Positions 24,385 to 37,883 of a stretch of 64,000 nt of DNA are shown here, one piece after another. The notes beneath the pieces were generated by a model, which saw only the letters and a list, made by a program, of their open reading frames with translations, had not been told where the DNA came from and did no database searches. Both the position numbers and the translations under genes were made by a program. Positions within the stretch are counted from its first letter, which is position 1, and every line of letters starts with the position of its first letter. The DNA is from Lingula anatina (Eukaryota; Animalia; Brachiopoda): positions 2,728,001 to 2,792,000 of the forward strand of contig JBPQGU010000016.1 in the NCBI GenBank assembly GCA_051362555.1, in the 5' to 3' direction.

Positions 24385-24819
24385 TTAATTTATACTAATT
24401 TCTTTTGGTTTTTGTGCATTATGTGGATGATTTGAATCAGAATAAAGATATAAAGATTTTAGTTGTTTTGAACCTAATTTATTTTTAGGAAGCATTCTTT
24501 TAACTGCAAATCATAATAATTTTGTAGGATCTTTTTCAAAAATAACTTTTGCATTTTTAACCTTTAAACCACCTGGATATTGTGAATGTGAATAATATAA
24601 TTTATTTTTTCATTTATTACCAGTTAAAATAATTTTTGAACTATTTATAACAATAACATTTGAACCACAATCTTGATTTGGTGTATACATTGGAAGATTA
24701 GTTCCTGTTAAATATGGAATAATTTTACTTGCTAATCTACCTAAAACCAAATCTTTTGCATCAACAACAAATCATTCTTTAACTATTTTTTCTTTTGGTG
24801 TAAATTTTGTTTTATACAT
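24385..24819 (-). CDS. rplM: 50S ribosomal protein L13
   Basis: [16 protein letters not shown]; HSQYPGGLK. Confidence 0.96.
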
Positions 24820-24867
24820 TTTTTTATATTAATTTTTTATTATAAATAATTATATACTTTTTTACTC

Positions 24868-25773
24868 TTAATGACTATGTTTATTTTTTAAAGACAATCA
24901 TTCTTCTAATAAAAAATTTTTTTCTAAAAACTCAATAATTATTTCATAATTTAGAAAAAAAACAAAAATTCCAAACATAAATACAACAATAAAAAATAAT
25001 ATTCAATCTAATTTTTTAAATTGATTTTCAAAATAATATGTTCTTTCTTTGTCAGGATTATAACCTCTTGATTCCATAGCAACAGTCATTTCATCTGCTT
25101 TTCTTAAAATAGAAATAATTAATGGAATTAACAATGAAATTAAAGATTTAATTTTAGTTTTTCAACCACCTTTTCTAAAATCTAATCCTCTTGATGCTTG
25201 TGCTGTAATAATGTTTTCAGACTCTTCCATTATTGTAGGAACTAATCTAAGACTTAATGTAATTATCATTGCAAGAATATGTACAGGAAATTTTAAAAAT
25301 TTCAATGGTGATAATAAACTTTCTATTGCCCTTGTCATTTGTATTGTAGAAGTTGTAGAAACTAAAATTACACTTACTAAAATAACTAATGTAATCCTTA
25401 ATGTAAAATAAAGCATTTGCATTAAACCAGTTTTTGTAATTTGTATAAATCCAAAAATTTTATCAGTTAATGCATTTTCTTTTGATACTGGATCAGAAAA
25501 ATTTAAAATATTAAATAAAAATAAAAATACAATCATTAAAAAGGATGATTTTAAAATTATCTTAAAAATTTTTCATTGTAACTTTGCTATAAAAAAAACA
25601 GATATCATAATAATTATCAATAAAAAATATAAAGTTAAACTTTTTCCACCCTCAAATGTTGGTAAAAAAATTAATATAAAAAATAAAATTGATGAAATTA
25701 TCTTTAATCTTGGATCAAATCTTCATATAAAAGAATTTTTTGGATTATTTATTTTACTTATTTTAAAGTTCAT
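24868..25773 (-). CDS. ecfT: ECF transporter transmembrane component T
   Basis: FDPRLK, AQASRG and AMESRGY motifs. Confidence 0.92.
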
Positions 25774-26632
25774 TATTCTTTATTTTTTTAACTATTTTTT
25801 CTATTAATTCATCTTCAGATGAAAATTTTTTTAATTCTGAAATATTTATTTTATTTGATTCTAATTTTTTTAAAAAACTAATTGTATTTGGAATTGACAA
25901 TCCAATATTTTTAAGAAAATTATTTTCAAAAAAAAGTTGTTCTGAATTTGTTTCTAAAATAATTTTTCCATTTTCTAAAACTATTATATTATCTGCTAAA
26001 AATTGAACCATATTCATATCATTTGTTGTAAAAACAATTGTTTTTTTTGATTTAATTGATAAATCTTTAATTAATTTAATTACTTTTTTTGTTGATTCAA
26101 CATCTAAACCATTTGCAATTTCATCAAATAAAATTAAATCTGGATCATGTGCAATTGAACCAATTATTGAAATTTTCTTTTTTTCACCACCAGATAATTG
26201 AAAAGGAGAACGTTTTAAATAAATTTGAGGTAATGAAAGATATTTAAAATATTCTTTTATTTTTTCTTTTGCTTTATAAACATCTAAACCATAATTAATT
26301 GTACTAAATAAAATATCTTTTTCTACTGTTTCTTCAAACAATTGATTATCTGAAAATTGAAAAATACATCCAGTTTTTTTTCTTAAAAGTTTAATATTTT
26401 TTATTTTTTTATTATTAGATCAAGTAATATCATCAAGTGTTACTTCACCAAATTTTGGTACTATTAAAGCATTTAAATGTTTTAATAAAACACTTTTTCC
26501 AGAACCAGGTTTACCAATTATTGCAGTTATTTTTCCTAATGGAAAATTATAATTTATACCATCAATAACTTTTTCATTTGTTTCAGGATTTATACAAATT
26601 AAATTTTTTATTTCTAACTTTTTAATTGACAT
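25763..26632 (-). CDS. ecfA2: ECF transporter ATPase A2
   Basis: GKPGSGKS, SPFQLSGGE; between ecfA1 and ecfT. Confidence 0.88.
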
Positions 26633-27459
26633 ATTTTTTTTATTATTTTTTCTTGACTTAAAATTTTTTTATCTATAATTTTATTATTATATAAACTTAA
26701 TGATAATTTATAATTAAATGGTAATTCAATAGATTTATTAATTTCTAATTCTTCAAAATTAGACAAATTAATTAATTTTTCTGGTTTATCAAAATAAATT
26801 AATTTACCATTATTCATAACAAGTACTTTATCAGATTTTAAAATCCTTTCCATATCATGTGTAATTTCAATAATTGTTTTTTTACCAATTATTTCATCAA
26901 TTGTTTTTATAACTCCAGATTTACTAAATGAATCTAATAAACTTGTTGGTTCATCAAATAAAATAATTTCTGGTTTTGAAATCAAAACTGATGCAATTGC
27001 AACTTTTTGTTTTTGTGCTGGTGACAATTCGGTTGAATTTGAAAATAAAATAGATTCTAATTTTAATTTTTTAACTATTTCAATAATCATTTCTTTCATT
27101 TTTGAAATAGGAATCATTTTATTTTCTAAACCAAATGCCAATTCTTGATCAACAGTTTCTTTAATAAATTGACTTTCTGGATTTTGAAAAATTATTCCAA
27201 TTTTATCTAATAAATTTCTATGATTTTTTTCTTTAAAAGTAGAATCAAGTATTTTTAATTCTCCACTAAATTCTCCTAATAAACCACCAATTAATTTTAT
27301 TAATGTTGATTTTCCACTTCCATTATGTCCTATTACAACAATAAATTCACCTGGAAATATATTAAAAGAAATATTATTTAAATTTTTATATTTTGACTTT
27401 AAATTATATGAAAAACTAACATTTTTAAAAGATATAATTGGTTTTTTAGATGTATTCAT
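26614..27459 (-). CDS. ecfA1: ECF transporter ATPase A1
   Basis: GHNGSGKST, FQNPESQF, AFGLEN; follows rplQ. Confidence 0.9.
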   Translation of the reverse strand: MNTSKKPIISFKNVSFSYNLKSKYKNLNNISFNIFPGEFIVVIGHNGSGKSTLIKLIGGLLGEFSGELKILDSTFKEKNHRNLLDKIGIIFQNPESQFIKETVDQELAFGLENKMIPISKMKEMIIEIVKKLKLESILFSNSTELSPAQKQKVAIASVLISKPEIILFDEPTSLLDSFSKSGVIKTIDEIIGKKTIIEITHDMERILKSDKVLVMNNGKLIYFDKPEKLINLSNFEELEINKSIELPFNYKLSLSLYNNKIIDKKILSQEKIIKKICQLKS

Positions 27460-27486
27460 CTCTTTTTATAATATTATTTTTATTAA

Positions 27487-27855
27487 TTAAACTAATTTTA
27501 GATAAAAAACTGTTGCATTATCACCTAATCTATTTTCTAATTTATAACATTTTAAATAACCACCATTACGATCTTTATATTTAATTGCTAATTCTTTTAA
27601 TTTAATCAATGGATATTTATCTTTTTTATCTTCTTTTACTTTTACTTTTTTTCTAATAATTTTTAATATTTTTCTATCATTATGTAAATCATCTTTTTTT
27701 GCAAAAGTAATTAATCTATCAAAAACTTTTTGTACTCTTTTTTTTCTTGAAATAGTAACTTTAATGTGTTCATGTAAAATTAATTCTGTAACCAAATTAC
27801 GAATTATATTTTGAACCTTTGATCTTTTATGTGCTGTTATTTGTCTACGTGGCAT
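27487..27855 (-). CDS. rplQ: 50S ribosomal protein L17
   Basis: RNLVTELILHE, YKDRNGGY, RLGDNA. Confidence 0.95.
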   Translation of the reverse strand: MPRRQITAHKRSKVQNIIRNLVTELILHEHIKVTISRKKRVQKVFDRLITFAKKDDLHNDRKILKIIRKKVKVKEDKKDKYPLIKLKELAIKYKDRNGGYLKCYKLENRLGDNATVFYLKLV

Positions 27856-27861
27856 AATTTA

Positions 27862-28818
27862 TTAACTCTTTAATGTAATTTTACATTCATTTTTTAATTT
27901 TTCATCAATCTCACTAACTGATTTATCACCAATATTTTTGATTCTTCTTAATTCAGATAATGTTTTTTCTTTTAATTGACTTACTTTTGTAATTCCAACT
28001 GCTGATAAAGCATTATAAGTTCTTTCAGAAAAATCAAGTTCTGTTATTTCAACATCTTCAACTTTTTTTTCAACTTCATCTTTAGGATTTACAAATTTAA
28101 ATTCTTCAAATTTTGTAGGTGCTAAATCTTTAATAAATTCAAAATGTTTATATAAAATCTCTGATGCAATACTTAAAGTATCAATTGGACTAATTGTTCC
28201 ATTAGTTTTAATACCTAAAATAACTTTTTCAAGAACAGATTTTTCACCAAGTTTAATTTCATCTGTAATCATTGAAACCTTTTCAACTGGTGAAAAATTT
28301 GAAGTCATTGAAATTCAACCAATTTCATCAATTAAATCTCTATTTTCTTCAAAAGTTGAAAAACCATAACCTTGTTTTGCTTTGAAATCAATTTCAACTT
28401 CAATTGATTTTGTCATTTCAAATAACTTTAATTCTGGATTTATAATTGTAATACCAACAGGTGTTTCTATATCTTTTGCTTTTACAACACCTTCTTTATT
28501 TATTTTTAAATGTAAATTAATTATTTCATTTTCATTATAAATATTTGGTTCAACTTTAATTTTTATTTTTTGAATATTTAAATTAATTTGTAAAACATTT
28601 TCAATACAAAAAGGTAATGTTTGTAATTCTTGCATAACATTTTTAATTTTAAATGCAAAAATTGAAATACCAGGAACTACTGATAATAATACACGTCTTA
28701 AAGAATTACCAATTGTAATTCCAAACCCTTGTACTAATGGTTGAATTTCAAATTCAACATAATTATTTTCTAGATCTTTTTTTAATACTTTAAATTTTGG
28801 TTCAATAAATTTATTCAT
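27862..28818 (-). CDS. rpoA: RNA polymerase alpha subunit
   Basis: GFGITIGNSLRRVLLS; CTD FSERTYNAL. Confidence 0.96.
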
Positions 28819-28852
28819 TTTTTTAATTTTTTAATTTCTATTCCTTATATTT

Positions 28853-29248
28853 TTATGATCTTGGTTTTTTTGGTGGACGACATCCATTATGTGGTAATGG
28901 TGTTACATCAGAAATGCTATCAATTTTTATTCCAGAAGTTTCTAATGCTCTTAAAATTGAATTTCTACCTGGTCCTATTCCTTTAATTTTAACTGAAACA
29001 GTTTGCATTTTATACAATTTAGCAACATTAATAACTTTTAAAAAAACTACTTGACCAGCATATGGTGTTGATTTTTTAGCACCTTTATATCCTAAAGAAC
29101 CACCTGATTCTTGTGCTAAAACTTCTCCATTATCTCTTGATAAAGAAACAATTGTATTATTAAATGTAGATTTTACATGAATAATACCATGTTGTACTAT
29201 TTCTTTAATTTTCTTTTTTCTTTTACTTATTTTTTGTTTTACACCCAT
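28853..29248 (-). CDS. rpsK: 30S ribosomal protein S11
   Basis: STFNNTI, KKSTPYA, DVTPLPHNGCRPPK. Confidence 0.97.
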   Translation of the reverse strand: MGVKQKISKRKKKIKEIVQHGIIHVKSTFNNTIVSLSRDNGEVLAQESGGSLGYKGAKKSTPYAGQVVFLKVINVAKLYKMQTVSVKIKGIGPGRNSILRALETSGIKIDSISDVTPLPHNGCRPPKKPRS

Positions 29249-29258
29249 TATTTAAACT

Positions 29259-29633
29259 CTATTTTGAAACTTTCTTTTTACCAGCAACTGTTTTTCTAGG
29301 ACCTTTTCTAGTTCTAGCATTTTTTTGAGTTATTTGACCACGAACAGGCAAACCTTTTCTATGTCTAATACCTCTATAACTTCCTATTTCTTTCAAACGT
29401 TTAATATTAAAACCTTGTGTTCTTCTAATTTCACCTTCTGTAGGAATTTTTGAAATTTCAGCTTGAATTTGACTTATTTTTATATCATCTAATTCAATAA
29501 CTTTTTTATCTTCACTAATTTTTAAATCAGATAAAATCTTTTTTGATGTACTTAAACCAATACCATAAATATATGTTAAAGCTACAACAACTCTTTTTTT
29601 CTCTGGAATATCTATACCTGCAATTCTAACCAT
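29259..29633 (-). CDS. rpsM: 30S ribosomal protein S13
   Basis: [10 protein letters not shown]; [15 protein letters not shown]. Confidence 0.97.
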   Translation of the reverse strand: MVRIAGIDIPEKKRVVVALTYIYGIGLSTSKKILSDLKISEDKKVIELDDIKISQIQAEISKIPTEGEIRRTQGFNIKRLKEIGSYRGIRHRKGLPVRGQITQKNARTRKGPRKTVAGKKKVSK

Positions 29634-29645
29634 TACTATCTTTTT

Positions 29646-29759
29646 TTAACCTTGTCTTTGTTTGTGTTTTGGAGTTTTGCAAATAACTGCAATACGTTTT
29701 TTACGTTTTACAATTTTACAAAAATTACAAATCTTACCTACTGATGTTCTTACTTTCAT
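29646..29759 (-). CDS. rpmJ: 50S ribosomal protein L36
   Basis: [37 protein letters not shown]. Confidence 0.96.
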   Translation of the reverse strand: MKVRTSVGKICNFCKIVKRKKRIAVICKTPKHKQRQG

Positions 29760-29979
29760 TTTTAAATCTCTTTACAATTCTACCTTTTGTACTATCATAT
29801 ATTGACATTTCAACTTCAACCAAATCATTAATTAATATTTGTATTGAGTATTTTCTTATTTTACCACTAACTCTTGTTAATATTTCATGTTCATTTTTTA
29901 AACGTACTTTATATAAACCTTTTCCAAGATTTTTTATTACTATTCCATTTAACTTTATTATAGAACTATCTTTTTTCAT
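29734..29979 (-). CDS. infA: Translation initiation factor IF-1
   Basis: [26 protein letters not shown]. Confidence 0.93.
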   Translation of the reverse strand: MKKDSSIIKLNGIVIKNLGKGLYKVRLKNEHEILTRVSGKIRKYSIQILINDLVEVEMSIYDSTKGRIVKRFKNESKNISR

Positions 29980-30721
29980 AATTTGTTAAAATATCTACTC
30001 CATTTTTAGTTACAAGAAGCATATGTTCAAAATGACATGTTATCTTTCTATTCTTTGAAACAACAGTTCAACCATCATTTAAAACTTCAGTTTCATATGA
30101 ATCAATTAACAACATAGGTTCAATACAAATAATACTATTTAATGGTAATTTAATATCTAAATTTTTAGATTCAACATTAAAAATAAAAGGTTCTTCATGT
30201 AAATTTTTACCAATTCCATGACCTGCATAACCAACAGTTAATTTGTATCCTTCTTTTTTTGCTATTCTTTCTATTATATAACCTATTTTTTTTAAACTTA
30301 CATTTTCTTTAATGATTTCTATAGCTTTATCTAAACATTTTTTTGTAGTATTTAATATTTTTTTCTTTTCTTCTGTTTCTTTACCAACAATAAAAGATAC
30401 TGCTGCATCAGCATTCATACCCATATATTTACAACCAACATCAACTGAAATTAAATCACCATCTTCAAATGGTTTATCATTTGGTATTCCATGTACTAAT
30501 TGTTCATTTAAAGAAACACAAATTGATGCTGGAAAGCCATTGTAATTTAAAAAATTTGGTTCACAATTATTTTCAAAAATAATTTTATTTGCTCTATCAT
30601 TTAAAATAAGACCATTTTCTCCAATTTTTGTTGTTTCTTTTAAATTTTTTAATATCTTACCAACTGTTTTTGCTGCTACTCTAGAATATTTGATTTCTTT
30701 TTTAGTTTTTTTTAAAATCAT
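29966..30721 (-). CDS. map: Methionine aminopeptidase
   Basis: CVSLNEQLVHGIP, GHGIG..LHEEP, IEPM, HFEH. Confidence 0.95.
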
Positions 30722-30724
30722 TTT

Positions 30725-32341
30725 CTATTTTTTTAATTCTTTAATTTTTTTAAGAAATGAAAGAAAAATTGGATGAGGATTTGCAAATCTTGTACTTATT
30801 TCTGGATGAAATTGTACACCAACAAAAAATGGATGATTTTTTAATTCAAATGATTCAACAATACTTCTATCGTCAAAACGAAATCCAGATAATATAAAAT
30901 TTTTATCATTTTCAAATAAATTTAAATATCTATTAGATAAACCAAATCTATGTCTATGTCTTTCTGAAACATCTGTAATTGATCAATTTGAATCTTTATA
31001 CATTTTAATTATTTTTGTATTTTCTTTTAAAATAATTTTTTGATCACCTAAAACTAATTTTTTAATTTTAGGATAAACATAATCAATTATTAATAAATCA
31101 TTATCATTTTTTGAAAGTTCTTTTGAATTTGCATTTTTTTTATTTAAAACATTTCTTGCATATTCAATAAATGATAATTGCATACCATAACATATACCTA
31201 ATAATGGAATATTGTTTTCACGTGCATATTTAATTGCAATCATTTTTCCGTTTACACCACTTGAACCAAAACCACCAGGAACAATTATTCCATCATACTT
31301 TTTAAAAATTGATGAATCTTTTGTTATCTCTAATTTTTGTGGTGAAACTTCTTCAACATTTATATTTGTATTTAATTTAATTGATGAATCTTTTAATGCA
31401 ACTAATAATGAATAATATGAATCTTTTGGATTTTTATATTTATTAACTAATGCAATATTTATTTTTTTATCTTTTAAATCTTTTAATTTTAAACAATCAT
31501 TTAAATACTTATTTCAAAAACTTAAATTTAAATCCTTTTTAAAATTAAATTTTTTTAATAATTTATCAAAAACACCATTTTCAGAAAGAATTTTTACAAC
31601 TTTAAAAATTTCATCAATATCTTCTATATTTACAATAAATTCTTCATCAAAAGTAGATAATCTAGATATCTTTTCTATTACTTTTTTAGGAATTTTATTA
31701 TGTGATCTTAAAATTAAAATATCTGGTTCAATTGTATTTGAACGTAATAGTTCAATTGCATTTTGTGTTGAACGAGTTTTAAATTCAAAATTATTTAAAA
31801 ATTGTGTTACAAAAGTTAAAAACAATATTGATGTTTGATACTTTTTAGAAGAATTAATAAATTTAATTGCATGTAAAAATGGTTGAATATTATAATCTGA
31901 AATATTACCACCAATTTCTACTAATAAAACATCTGGATTTTTTCAATTAATCAAAAAATCTATTTTATTTTCTATTTCTTTTGCAACATCAAAAAAATCA
32001 ATTGTTCTACCTGAAAAACTATTTTTTCTTTCTTCATCAATTAAATATTTAAAAATAGATCCTAATGTTATTGATTGTTTACCACTTTGATCTTCATTTA
32101 AAAAACGTTCATAATGACCAATATCTAAATCTGTTTCTTTTCCATCAGAAGTTATAAATGTTTCACCGTGTTCAGCTGGATTTATAAATCTTGCATCAAC
32201 ATTTAAATATGGATCTAACTTTAAAGTTAGAACATTTTTTTTATTATTTTTAAATAAAGTTGCTAATGAAGCAGTTACAATTCCTTTTCCAATACCAGAA
32301 AATACACCACCTATTACAAATACAATTTTTGATTTATTCAT
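30725..32341 (-). CDS. pyrG: CTP synthase
   Basis: GGVFSGIGKG, KLDPYLNVD, GICYGMQ, ERHRHRF, QFHPE. Confidence 0.95.
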
Positions 32342-32429
32342 TAAAAATATATATAGAATTTATTATATACTAAAATAAATTTTAAAAATAAAAAATCCTA
32401 TTTTAAAAATATGGATTTATGATTAAAAA

Positions 32430-32521
32430 TGGCGGAGATAGAGAGATTTGAACTCCCGCGTGCTTTTAACACCTAACTGTTTTCAAGACAGTTCCCTTCA
32501 ACCGGACTTGGGTATATCTCC
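32430..32521 (-). tRNA. tRNA-Ser(TGA)
   Basis: Anticodon loop CTTGAAA, long variable arm. Confidence 0.93.
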
Positions 32522-33017
32522 AAATTAATTATATTTTAATATAAAAAAAATATTAAATTTTTCAATTTTTTCTAATAATTAAAATTATATAAATTATACT
32601 AAAAAATTAAATATAAAACACTTGTTTTAATTAATTTTAAATTTTTTTATATAAATCTTTTATTCATTATAAAAAATTTTTAATTATTTCTTTTTTTTGT
32701 CTTATTTTTTTAAAATTATTAATAAAAAAATTAAAATAATATAAAATTTTCAATTACTTTTTCTTTTTCATTTGCAAAAGGAAGCTTTTTTAATTATGAA
32801 TTTTAATAAATTGTGTTTAAATAATAATTATTTAATTTATCAAAAATATTTTTAAATTAAAATTGTTTATATTTTGAAGTTATAAATGAAATTACTAATA
32901 TTGTTTTTTTAATTAAATTAACAAAAAATGAAATAAATAATATTAAAAAAAAAAAAAAAAAAATAATTTAAATTTTAAATTAAAAATTTTCAATATTTTT
33001 TCATTATATAAAAATAT

Positions 33018-35135
33018 TTATTTTTTTAAAACTTTATTTTTCTTTTTTATAAAAAACATTATTATATAAACAATAATTGGAATTAAAACTAATAATCATA
33101 AAAGATTTAATAAATCATTTTTATTATTTAAAACTTTAATTTTTTTAATTTCTTTAATTTCTTTAATAGATGATTTTAAAAATTTTGCATCTTCAAATCA
33201 AGATATAACATTATTTAAAAATTGTTTTTGTTCATCAAAACCTTTATATCCTCCATAATGTAATTTTCTTGCAAACATTTGTAAAAAATAAAATTCATAT
33301 TTTTCATTTTTTACATTTTTAAATAATTTATCAGTACTAAATGTTATTTCTTGTTTTGTTTTAAACTTATAACTATTATCTTTATTTAAAAAACATAAAA
33401 GTTTATCTTTTTCTATTTCTTTTTTTTTATCATCTTCCATTATTTTTTTAATAAATTTAAATATTTTATTATCTTTATCAGTTCATAAATTAGAATTTTC
33501 AAATTTTGAAACAATAATAATAAAATCAATTAATTCTATAATTTTATTAACAGTATTAATATTTGAAATATCATTTATTTTATTTTTATTTATTATTATT
33601 TGATCATTTAATATTTTAAAATATGAATTATCATTTAAACTTATAAAATCACTAAAATTTAAATCATTTAATATTAAATCAAAAAAAATATCATTTTTAT
33701 TATTAAAATTAAATACATCAAATGTTTTTGATTCAGGAATATATTTTAATCAAAATAAACCAAGATTTAGATTTCTTGCTCCAATAAAATAATTATTTGT
33801 ATTTCCTAATTGTTCAATTGTTGGATTGAAATCTTGAATTCAAGCTTTTTTCTTTTTATCTATTAATCAAAAAACATCTCAATTATCACCAGATATTGTA
33901 TTTATTTTAAATGTATTTGTTGTGTTTTCAAATTCTAATAAATAAAAACCAATATTATTTGTTCCTAAAAGATAATTATTATTACCCAAACTTTGTATTG
34001 ATGATGTTTAAGCAATAAAACCAGAAGAAAAAACTGGAAAATTAATTTTGGTTCCATCAGAATTTAATTTTTTAATTTTTTCAGCTTCAAACGTATTATT
34101 TGTATTATCAAATTTTAAAAAATAAAAACCTTTGTTATATGTTCCAACAATATATTTATTATTTCCTAAACCTTGTATTGAAGAGTAATAAGCTACATAT
34201 TTTAATTCATTTGACACATTATCTGGATCATCAAATGTTAAATCATCAACTAATACATTTTCTTTATTTTTTATTTGTGATATTTTAAATGTTTCTGTAT
34301 CATCATCAAACTCTAATCAACAAAAACCCATTTGATTCATTCCAACAAGATATTTATTATTTCCTAAACTTTGTATTGATGAAAAACTTTTATATAAAAC
34401 AATATCACTTTTATTACCATTAGAATTTAATTTTTTAATTTTTTTAACTTCAAATGTATTATTTGTATTATTAAATTTCAATAAGAATAAACCTTTATTT
34501 TTTGTTGATAAAAGATATTTATTTTCACCTATTTTTTTAGATTTTGCAGCTCAACTAATATCACCAGAAATAAATTCATTTGGATTTATATCATTATTTG
34601 TATTTGATATTACCATTTTACTAATTTCTAATTCATCATTTGTATCATCAAGTTTTAATAAACAAAATCCATATCTTCTTGTTGCAACAAGAAAATTATT
34701 ATTTCCTAAATCTTGAATAATATGTCCTCCAGAACTACGATAGTCTAAAATTAAAATATCATTTGAATCAGTTGGTTTTTTAATATATTTTTTTATTTTA
34801 AATTCACCATCATTAGGATTAAATTTTAAAAAAACATGTCCTAATGTTGTAAGTAAATGATATTTATTATTACCTAATGATTTTATTCCTTCATAATAAA
34901 CCAAAAAATTACTCAATTCTTTATATTTTTTTATCTTATAAAGGTATTTAAAATATTTTTTTATATATTCATTTTTATTCCATTTATTTTCAATAATATC
35001 TGATTTTGATAAAACACTATTAGTTTTACTTGTTGTTAAAATAACATTTTTATTTAAATTAAAAAATATAAAAAATATTAATATTAAAAATAAAAATAAA
35101 AACTTGAATTTTATATAAATTTTATTTAAACTCAT
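33018..35135 (-). pseudogene. Repeat (beta-propeller-like) surface protein copy 1, internal TAA at 34008-34010
   Basis: Near-identical to 35714-37849; AAA(K)>TAA; frame continues to the C-terminal TM. Confidence 0.75.
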
Positions 35136-35169
35136 TTTTTGATTATTATTGTTGTAATCAATAATATTA

Positions 35170-35209
35170 TTATTGTTATTATTATTTATTTTTTTTTTTT
35201 TTTTTTCAA
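35170..35209 (-). promoter_or_regulatory. Candidate poly(A) phase-variable promoter of copy 1
   Basis: TTG-A18-TAAATAATAAT about 55 nt upstream of the ATG. Confidence 0.55.
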
Positions 35210-35713
35210 GTACTTTTTTTAAAAATTATTTAAAAAATATAATTTAAATAAAAAATAAAATGCTTATTTTTATAAGTTTTTTATTAACTTTTAAATAAAA
35301 TTAAATATATAAATTTAAAACTTATTTATCTTTTTTTTATTCAATAATTTCTTTTTTCTAAAATTTTTTTATTAAATCAAGATTTAAAAGTTTCAATTAA
35401 TTTTTCTTTTTCATTTTCAAAAGAAAATTTTTTTAATTATGAATTTTTATAAATATTTAATAAATTGTTTTTAAATAATCATTATTTAATTTATCAAAAA
35501 TATTTTGAAATTAAAATTGTTTATCTTTTGAAATTATAAATGAAATTATAAATATTGTTTTTTTAATTAAATTAACAAAAAATGAAATAAAAAATATTAA
35601 AACAAACAATAAAATTAATTTAAATTTTAAAGTAAAAATTTTAATTTTAATTTGAAATACATTTTAAATATTTTTTTAAAAATTTTCAATATTTTTTCAT
35701 TATATAAAAATAT

Positions 35714-37849
35714 TTATTTTTTTAAAACTTTATTTTTCTTTTTTATAAAAAACATTATTATATAAACAATAATTGGAATTAAAACTAATAATCATAAAAG
35801 ATGTAATAAATCATTTTTATTATTTAAAACTTTAATTTTTTTAATTTCTTTAATTTCTTTAATAGATGATTTTAAAAATTTTGCATCTTCAAATCAAGAT
35901 ATAAAATTATTTAAAAAATTTTTTCTTTCATCAAAACTGTTATATCCTACAATGAAATTTAATGTAAAATTTATTAAAAAATAAAATTCATATTTTTCAT
36001 TTTTTTTTGAAATGTTAAATAATGTAATACTAAATGTTCTATATTTTTTTTTATCTATTCAAGTTACTTCATACTTATAACTATTATCTTTATTTAAAAG
36101 ATATAAAAGTTTATCTTTTTCTAATTCTGTTTTTTTATCATCTTCCATTATTTTTTTAATAAATTTAATCTTTTCATTATCTTTATCATTTCTTAAATTA
36201 AAATTTTCAAATTTTGAAACAATAATAATAAAATCAATTAATTCTATAATTTTATTAACAGTATTCATATTTGAAATATCATTTATTTTATTTTTATTTA
36301 TTATTATTTGATCATTTAATATTTTAAAATATGAATTATCATTTAAACTTATAAAATCAGTAAAATTTAAATCATTTAATATTAAATCAAAAAAAATATC
36401 ATTGTAATTATTAAAGTTAAATACATCAAATGTTTTTGATTCAGGAATATATTTTAATCAAAATAAACCAGTGTTTGGATTTTTTCCTCCAATAAGATAA
36501 TTATTTGTATTTCCTAATTTTTGAATTGTTGGATTGAAATTTTGAACTCATTTTTTTCTTTTTTTATCTATTAATAGAAAAACATCTCAATCATCACCAG
36601 ATATTGTATTTATTTTAAATGTATTTGTTGTATTGTCAAATTCTAATAAATAAAAACCAATATTATTTGTTCCTAAAAGATAATTATTATTACCCAAACT
36701 TTGTATTGATGATGTTTTAGCAATAAAACCAGAAGAAAAAACTGGAAAATTAATTTTTGTTCCATCAGGATTTAATTTTTTAATTTTTTCAGCTTCAAAT
36801 GTATTATTTTTATTATCAAATTTTAACAAATAAAAACCTTTGTTAAGTGTTCCAACAAGATATTTATTATTTCCTAAACTTTGTATTGAAGAATAAGAAG
36901 CTACATATTTTAATTCATCTGACACATTATTTGGATCATCAACTGTTAATTCATCAACTAATACATTTTCTTTATTTTTTATTTGTGATATTTTAAATGT
37001 TTCTGTATCATCATCAAACTCTAATATACAGCAAAAACCCATTTTATTCATTCCAACAAGATATTTATTATTTCCTAAACTTTGTATTGATGAAAAACTT
37101 TTATATAAAACAATATCACTTTTATTACCATTAGAATTTAATTTTTTAATTTTTTCAACTTCAAATGTATTATTTGTATTATTAAATTTTAATAAGAATA
37201 AACCTTTATCATTTGTTGATAAAAGATATTTATTTTCGCCTATTTTTTTAGATTTTGCACCTCAACTAATATCACCAGAAATAAATTCATTTGGATTTAT
37301 ATCATTATTTGGATTTGATATTACAATTTTACTCATTTCTAATTCATCATTTGTATCATCAAGTTTTAATAAACAAAATCCATATCTTCCAGTTGCAATA
37401 AGAAAATTATTATTTCCTAAATCTTGAATAATATTTCCTCCAGAACTACGATAGTCTAAAATTAAATTATCATTTGAATCAGTTGTTTTTTTAATATATT
37501 TTTTTATTTTAAATTCACCATTATTAGGATTAAATTTTAAAAAAATATGTCCTAATGTTGTATTTAAATGATATTTATTATTATTACCTAATGATTTTAT
37601 TCCATCATAATAAACAAAAAAATTACTCAATTCTTTATATTTTTTTATCTTATAAAGATATTTAAAATATTTTTTTATATATTCATTTTTATTCCATTTA
37701 TTTTCAATAATATCTGATTTTGATAAAACACTATTAGTTTTACTTGTTGTTAAAATAACATTTTTATTTAAATTAAAAAATATAAAAAATATTAATATTA
37801 AAAATAAAAATAAAAACTTGAATTTTATATAAATTTTATTTAAAATCAT
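35714..37849 (-). CDS. Membrane-anchored 7-repeat (beta-propeller-like) surface protein copy 2, 711 aa
   Basis: N-terminal hydrophobic segment; seven SIQSLGNNxYLxGT..GFYLLxF repeats; C-terminal TM and basic tail. Confidence 0.8.
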
Positions 37850-37883
37850 CTTTTGATTATTATTGTTGTAATCAATAATATTA

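Noticed and set aside
33018-37849. Diversity-generating retroelement behind paralog divergence
   Set aside because: No reverse transcriptase in the window; differences include indels and non-adenine changes.
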